Assembly (NCBI GenBank): GCA_012295275.1
Contig: CM022675.1
Location: 6,572,001 to 6,636,000 of the forward strand
Direction of reading: 5' to 3'
Length of the DNA: 64,000 bases
DNA from: Chrysomallon squamiferum
Lineage: Eukaryota > Animalia > Mollusca
Positions 58,366 to 64,000 of the stretch are shown here, in pieces. Each line of letters begins with the position of its first letter. The first letter of the stretch is position 1. The position numbers and the translations under genes were made by a program. The notes under the pieces are model-generated. The model was not told the origin of the DNA. It did not search any database and worked only from the letters and a program-made list of their open reading frames with translations.

Positions 58366-58717
58366 CGATTTAAAACTAAGGTGATGTTTATTTTGGCCAT
58401 GGTTATATCACCTGTTTATAGTAGAACAAAAGAAAAATACAACGGAATATTCCACACCTGTAAATTATTATCTCAGTATTTCTCGTTCTGTCACATATAT
58501 ATGCATAAAGCTATGTGATTTATTTGCGTTTTATGAAGCAGTTATCATAGTCGTAAAAAAGATGAAAGGAAAAATCGATCATATATTTAAATATTTTACG
58601 TAGGTAAGTAAAATATTATGTAGACTTTAACTAAAGAACACTGGGTTTTCTTTACACACGGTTCAACCTGCTCGTCCTAACAAACTTATGATCTTGCAGA
58701 CGTTTCTAGAAATTTCA

Positions 58718-59638
58718 AGTTCTGTGTTCAGTGACAGATCAAGATTCTAACAGTTTTGTGTTCACTGACAGGTCAATATTCTAACAGTTCTGTGTTCACT
58801 GACAGGTCAAGATTCTACCAGTTCTGTGTTCACTGACAGGTCAAGATTCTAACAGTTCTGTGTTCACTGGCAGGTCAAGATTCTAACAGTTCTGTGTTCA
58901 CTGAGACAGGTCAAGATTCTACCAGTTCTGTGTTCACTGACAGGTCAAGATTCTAACAGTTCTGTGTTCACTGACAGGTCAAGATTCTAACAGTTCTGTG
59001 TTCACTGACAGTCAAGATTGTAACAGTCCTGTGTTCACTGACAGTTCAAGATTCAAACAGTTCTGTGTCCAGTGACAGTCAAGATTCTAACAGTTCTGTG
59101 ACCACTGACAGGTCAAGATCTAACAGTTCTGTGTTTACAGACAGGTCAAGATTCTAACAGTTCTGTGTCCACTGACAGGTCAATATTGTTACAGTTCTAT
59201 GTTCACTGACAGGTGAACATTCTAACAGTTCTGCGTCCACTGAGAGGTCAAGATTCTAACAGTTCTGTGTTCACTGAGACAGGTCAAGATTCTACCAGTT
59301 CTGTGTTCACTGACAGGTCAAGATTCTAACAGTCCTGTGTTCACTGACAGGTCAAGATTCTACCAGTTCTGTGTTCACTGACAGTCAAGATTGTAACAGT
59401 CCTGTGTTCACTGACAGTTCAAGATTCAAACAGTTCTGTGTTCACTGACAGGTCAAGATTCTAACAGTTCTGTGTTCACTGACAGTTCAAGATTCGAACA
59501 GTTCTGTGTCCAGTGACAGTCAAGATTCTAACAGTTCTGTGACCACTGACAGGTCAAGATCTAACAGTTCTGTGTTTACAGACAGGTCAAGATTCTAACA
59601 GTTCTGTGTCCACTGACAGGTCAATATTCTAACAGTTC
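58718..59638 (+). repeat. 34-bp minisatellite, ~27 copies, with higher-order structure
   Basis: Unit AACAGTTCTGTGTTCACTGACAGGTCAAGATTCT; variant monomers recur at 373-bp and then 441-bp offsets. Confidence 0.95.
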
Positions 59639-59761
59639 CGTATACAGTCCTGGAGTACTTTTTTGAAAAGGAAAAAAACTAAAAAAAAATGAAGGTAAAC
59701 AAATATTTTATTTCATTTCATAAAGCTAACAAAATTAAACTTCAACATTTGCTTGATGATA

Positions 59762-59950
59762 CTACGTCGTCCTTCTCCTACTGTCTACAGGTGAATGGGT
59801 GACATACGTTCGAGTCTCGCCAGCGGCATCTGACAGGTTTGTGAGGTCGTGACTGGACTTTGTCCTCCTGCGTCAGTGCGTTCCTGAATATTGTCTATGT
59901 GCAGAGTCTATTCAGACGTACATAAGACAACAGAATACTCATTCCTAAAT
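59762..59950 (+). mobile_element. tRNA-derived SINE family A copy, 5' end degenerate
   Basis: CGTTCGAGTCTCGCCAGCGGCATCTGACAGGTTTGTGAGGTCGTGACTGGACTTTGTCC...GCAGAGTCTATTCAGACGTACATAAGAC aligns by eye with the 57.1 kb copy. It keeps a GTGAATGGGTGACATAC segment that the 57.1 kb copy lacks. Confidence 0.85.
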
Positions 59951-61400
59951 ACACAGACATACACACATAAAGCACACACACACACGTACATATGTGTATT
60001 TATACATTTTGACAGCACCATGTACGCAATTATGTCAAGCTTATAACAAAACATTTTATCATTATTTATTCACATTACCATAAGGTACGCTATAATATCT
60101 ATCATCGTACCCAATTAATAAAAGGAAGAAAGAAAGGAAGTGGTAAACTTCTAATATATACATACATACATGCATACATACATAGATACATACATACATG
60201 CATACATACATAGATACATACATACATATATATAACCATACCTTCTTGTACACACGTACTTTTAAATTCTGTTCAAAAAGTTCTGAATCGTTACATTCGT
60301 AATCTAGCCGATTTCACTTTCATTCTTACTGTTTTCAAAGTTCAAGTCTGAAAGGCAACAACTCGAAAACGTCACCACTCTTTTGAAACTAAATATTTGC
60401 GATCACCGAAAATTTCTAATCCTTCTAGAATTGGGTTTTGATTCATTAAAGATATTTGATTATACGATGCGCTGGCTGATAGAAGTCAGTTTTGAAGTAT
60501 TTGTCGAATGCATTTCGTCGCAAACACATATGAAGCATTAAAAATAAATTATTATTGTACGTTTCTGTAACCCTTTTCATGATGCATTTGTTGATAGCAG
60601 AAAATAGTTGAAGTTTCTGCCGATTAAATTTCTTTGCGAATGAAGAACTAGAAAGCAGTCATTCTTTTTTCTTTTTGAAGGTTAACATAGCGTATTTTAT
60701 ATATATATATGTGTGTATATATATATATATATATGTGTAAGAATTTATTTTTGTATGTATATATGTGTGTTTATTTGTTTGTTTTTATGAAGATATACAT
60801 ATGTTGGTATATTCATACAAATTATTTCAATATGTAATAATACACGAGGTTAACCTTCAGGTATATGTATATGTAAATGTATATCTATATGTATGTATGT
60901 TTATACACATACGCATACACAGACACACATATATATTATTATATGCGTATATGCGTACACACTTATATACAATTAATACAGATAATAAATGTAAGTTTTA
61001 ATTTCAGACAATTTTTGTCAATTTTAAGTATTTTTCTATACGGGCACTCAGTTCATTGCTATATTCTAGTTCTTCTGGTTAATACATTTCAGATAGCCCA
61101 ATATTTCAACAATATCATATATACATATTAACATGAAAATCATGATTTTTAAATGTTTAAAATTAAGTAAATATTTAAAAATATATATTATAATAAAATA
61201 TTTAAAAGAAAATTTTAAAAAATAAATAAAAAATCGGTATCCAAAACTATCCCCATACATCGTTACTCCGCAAAAAAATTTAATTATTTGAAATAAAACT
61301 ATTGCAGACGGATGTGAATTATTTCGTAGTTTCCACCGTTTATGTGAGAGCACTCCATCGTTTTCCCTCCATCTGTTTGTCGGTGACAGAAATAGTACTC

Positions 61401-61544
61401 GAGATTTCACAATCTAGAATTTAAAAAAAAAAAAAAAAAAAATCATTCGATTTTGGATAAAAAGCTCTCAAGAGATTTCACAATCTAGAATTTAAAAAAA
61501 AAAAAAAAAAAAATCATTCGATTTTGGATAAATGATTCTCAAGA
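61401..61544 (+). repeat. 71-bp tandem duplication containing a poly(A) run
   Basis: GAGATTTCACAATCTAGAATTT(A)nTCATTCGATTTTGGATAAA starts at 61401 and 61472. Confidence 0.9.
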
Positions 61545-61860
61545 CCCAGGCATCTTAAGCATTATTATTATTATTATTATTACTGTTGCTGTTGTTATTG
61601 TTGTTATTATTATCATTATTACTGTTTTGTAATTATTATTATTATTATTTGTTTTATTATTGTTTTGTAATTATTATTATTATTGTTGTTGTTGTTGTTA
61701 CTGTTGTTATAGTTATTACTGTCGTAATTATTATTATTATTATTTAAAAAAAAGAAGAAATATCTTATGTAATATATTACATTTTAATCAACTATATACG
61801 TAGACAGATAAATGAGAGAGAGAGAGAGAGAGAGTTAGTTCAGTAACGTCTCTAAACATC

Positions 61861-62025
61861 AACCAATCATATCGCTCGTTACACACTTCAGCTGTACAAT
61901 AAACTCACGAAGCAACCAATCGGAACAAAGTATGACTGGGTTTCTAGGTCAAGCTGTCGATGGACAGTGACGTATATAGTCTCGCGATTTCTAGATTACT
62001 CAAACGGAAATGACTTTGGCAACGT
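61861..62025 (+). promoter_or_regulatory. Promoter-like motif cluster
   Basis: AACCAATC twice (61861, 61914), TGACGT (61968), TCTCGCGA (61980) and CGGAAATGAC (62005). Confidence 0.3.
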
Positions 62026-62154
62026 TAGAAGTGAATTTAATTTGTAATTAGAGCTTTGGAAATTTCTGTGACAGAGAATCAAAGTATCTATCGAGTCGAG
62101 ATGAATTCCTGCTTGTTTTTCATCTCTGTGTCACTTTCATCTTGAACGTGTCTC

Positions 62155-62910
62155 TGTTGTTTTTCGGTTAAAGGTGTCTTCTTTGTTTTTCGTTTAAAGA
62201 CATCATCGTTGTTTTTTGTTTAATGATATCTGCGTTGTTTTTCGTTTAAAAGTATCTGCGTTGTTTTTCGTTTAAAGGTATCTGCGTTGTTTTTCGTTTA
62301 AAAGTATCTGTGTTGTTTTTCGTTTAAAGGTATCTGCGTTGTTTTTTTCGTTTAAAGGCATCTGTGTTTGCTTTTCGTTTAAAGACATCTGCGTTGTTTT
62401 TCGTTTAAAAGTATCTGCGTTGTTTTTCGTTTAAAGGTATTTGCGTTGTTTTTCGTTTAAAGGTATCTGCGTTGTTTTTCGTTTAAAGGAATCTGCGTTG
62501 TTTTTCGTTTAAAGGTATCTGCGTTGTTTTTCGTTTAAAGGAATCTGCGTTGTTTTTCGTTTAAAGGTATCTTGCGTTGTTTTTCGTTTAAAGGTATCTG
62601 CGTTGTTTTTCGTTTAAAGGAATCTGCGTTGTTTTTCGTTTAAAGGTATCTGCGTTGTTTTTCGTTTAAAGGTATCTGCGTTGTTTTTCGTTTAAAGGTA
62701 TCTGCGTTGTTTTTCGTTTAAAGGAATCTGCGTTGTTTTTCGTTTAAAGGTATCTGCGTTGTTTTTCGTTTAAAGGTATCTGCGTTGTTTTTCGTTTAAA
62801 GGAATCTGCGTTGTTTTTCGTTTAAAGGTATCTGCGTTGTTTTTCGTTTAAAGGTATCTGCGTGATTTTTTTCATTTAAAGGTATCTGCGTTGTTTTTCA
62901 TCTCAAAGGT
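62155..62910 (+). repeat. 26-bp minisatellite, ~28 copies
   Basis: Unit GTTTAAAGG(T/A)ATCTGCGTTGTTTTTC, degenerate at both edges. Confidence 0.95.
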
Positions 62911-64000
62911 GTGTGTAATTTTTTCTTTCTATCTTTATTATTAATATTATTGTTGTTGTTTTTGTAGTCAGTCGAACAAAGTCTACGAGCGATTCCCTTT
63001 AAAGTTTATCAATTAAAACAGATTACATACGAGTCCCTTTAACGAGATCGATACAGTTAATTCTGGTGTTCGTTACGTCACAGCTCTGTGTCATGTGCGC
63101 GCTGCTCTGGTTACTAGGATGCTGGATCTCTGGGTCATGACATTTTTCTGCAAAGGTCAAAATCTCTCTTCTACGGAAGGAGAGACGTTACTTGATAACT
63201 GTAGAGATTTTCCAATAATCTTGACAGTCATCGAATCACACGTCCTGAACAAGCCTCGTTCCCAGCATGCAAAGGTTTGTCTGTAACTGTTCGTAAGTAC
63301 CTACGCACACATACATACGCGCGCATACACACAAAATACACAGGTACACACACACACACACATACACAGTTACCCAATGAAAAAATAAATTATTTTTTCC
63401 GGCTAAAGAAGAATGGGGTTAGTCATCATGACAAGCATGGCCCGGACCTGATGCGTTTTCGTTTGATATCTGACGTATGATTTTGAAAATAAAACACAGA
63501 TGCACAGATAAAAAAAAAAAAAATTGATGAGTCAACAGTTGCCACCTTAACTCTGACGAATGAGTTTAGTAAAAACTGAGTTTTGCGATAAAATATCGTT
63601 ATGTCGCTAGAAAAAAAGAAAGAAAGAAAGGAGAGCAAGAAAGAAAGAAAGAAAGAAAAATGGAAAAATAAATTAAAAACAAAGGAAAGAGCTCAATCTG
63701 AACCGATCTCAGAATTGCAAACAGGATTGTAACAGAAGTAAAGAGCTTTTTCAGAAATCCGCTTGTTATTTGATCGGAAATTGAAGACGAAACAGCGAAA
63801 CTGGTCTCTTTCCATTGCATTGCGAAGAATCACATTACTTTTGTGACAGAACAGCTCCACTGTTATTTAGCGTAGCCGGATTTCCACTGTGAGACAACCA
63901 GCATTACGAAGACGACTATCTGGACAAAATGAATGCGAAGATATTTTTGTATCTTAACTCGCAGACGAAAGTAATTCGAAATAAAGCCAGTTCAGTTAAT

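Noticed and set aside
58718-59638. 34-bp repeat (and the 25, 26 and 30-bp arrays) as CRISPR arrays
   Set aside because: Head-to-tail monomers without unique spacers, no cas genes, eukaryotic context.

Overview
This is AT-rich eukaryotic (animal) non-coding DNA, most likely a large intron or intergenic tract. A mollusc such as a gastropod is my best guess, inferred only from the SINE types and the extreme microsatellite load. I found no credible protein-coding gene, rRNA, intact tRNA or CRISPR array; nearly all ORFs in the supplied track are translations of microsatellites. Supported features: dense (GA/CT)n, (CATA)n, (GATA/GACA)n and (TAA/CAA/TAG)n tracts; minisatellites with 25, 26, 30, 34 and 101-bp units plus older degenerate ones; a tRNA-derived SINE family in five copies or fragments sitting in CATA/CA repeats; a second, older SINE-like family; a Tc1/mariner transposase fossil (YQHDNATPHTAR); two MITE-like inverted-repeat elements; and local duplications. 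The unique islands are rich in regulatory-type motifs: about 20 CRE/bZIP octamers, several RFX X-boxes, a triplet of Pax paired-domain consensus sites, a DR1 site, two promoter-like islands and strong minus-strand splice donors. All counts and alignments were made by eye, and no novel system is established.
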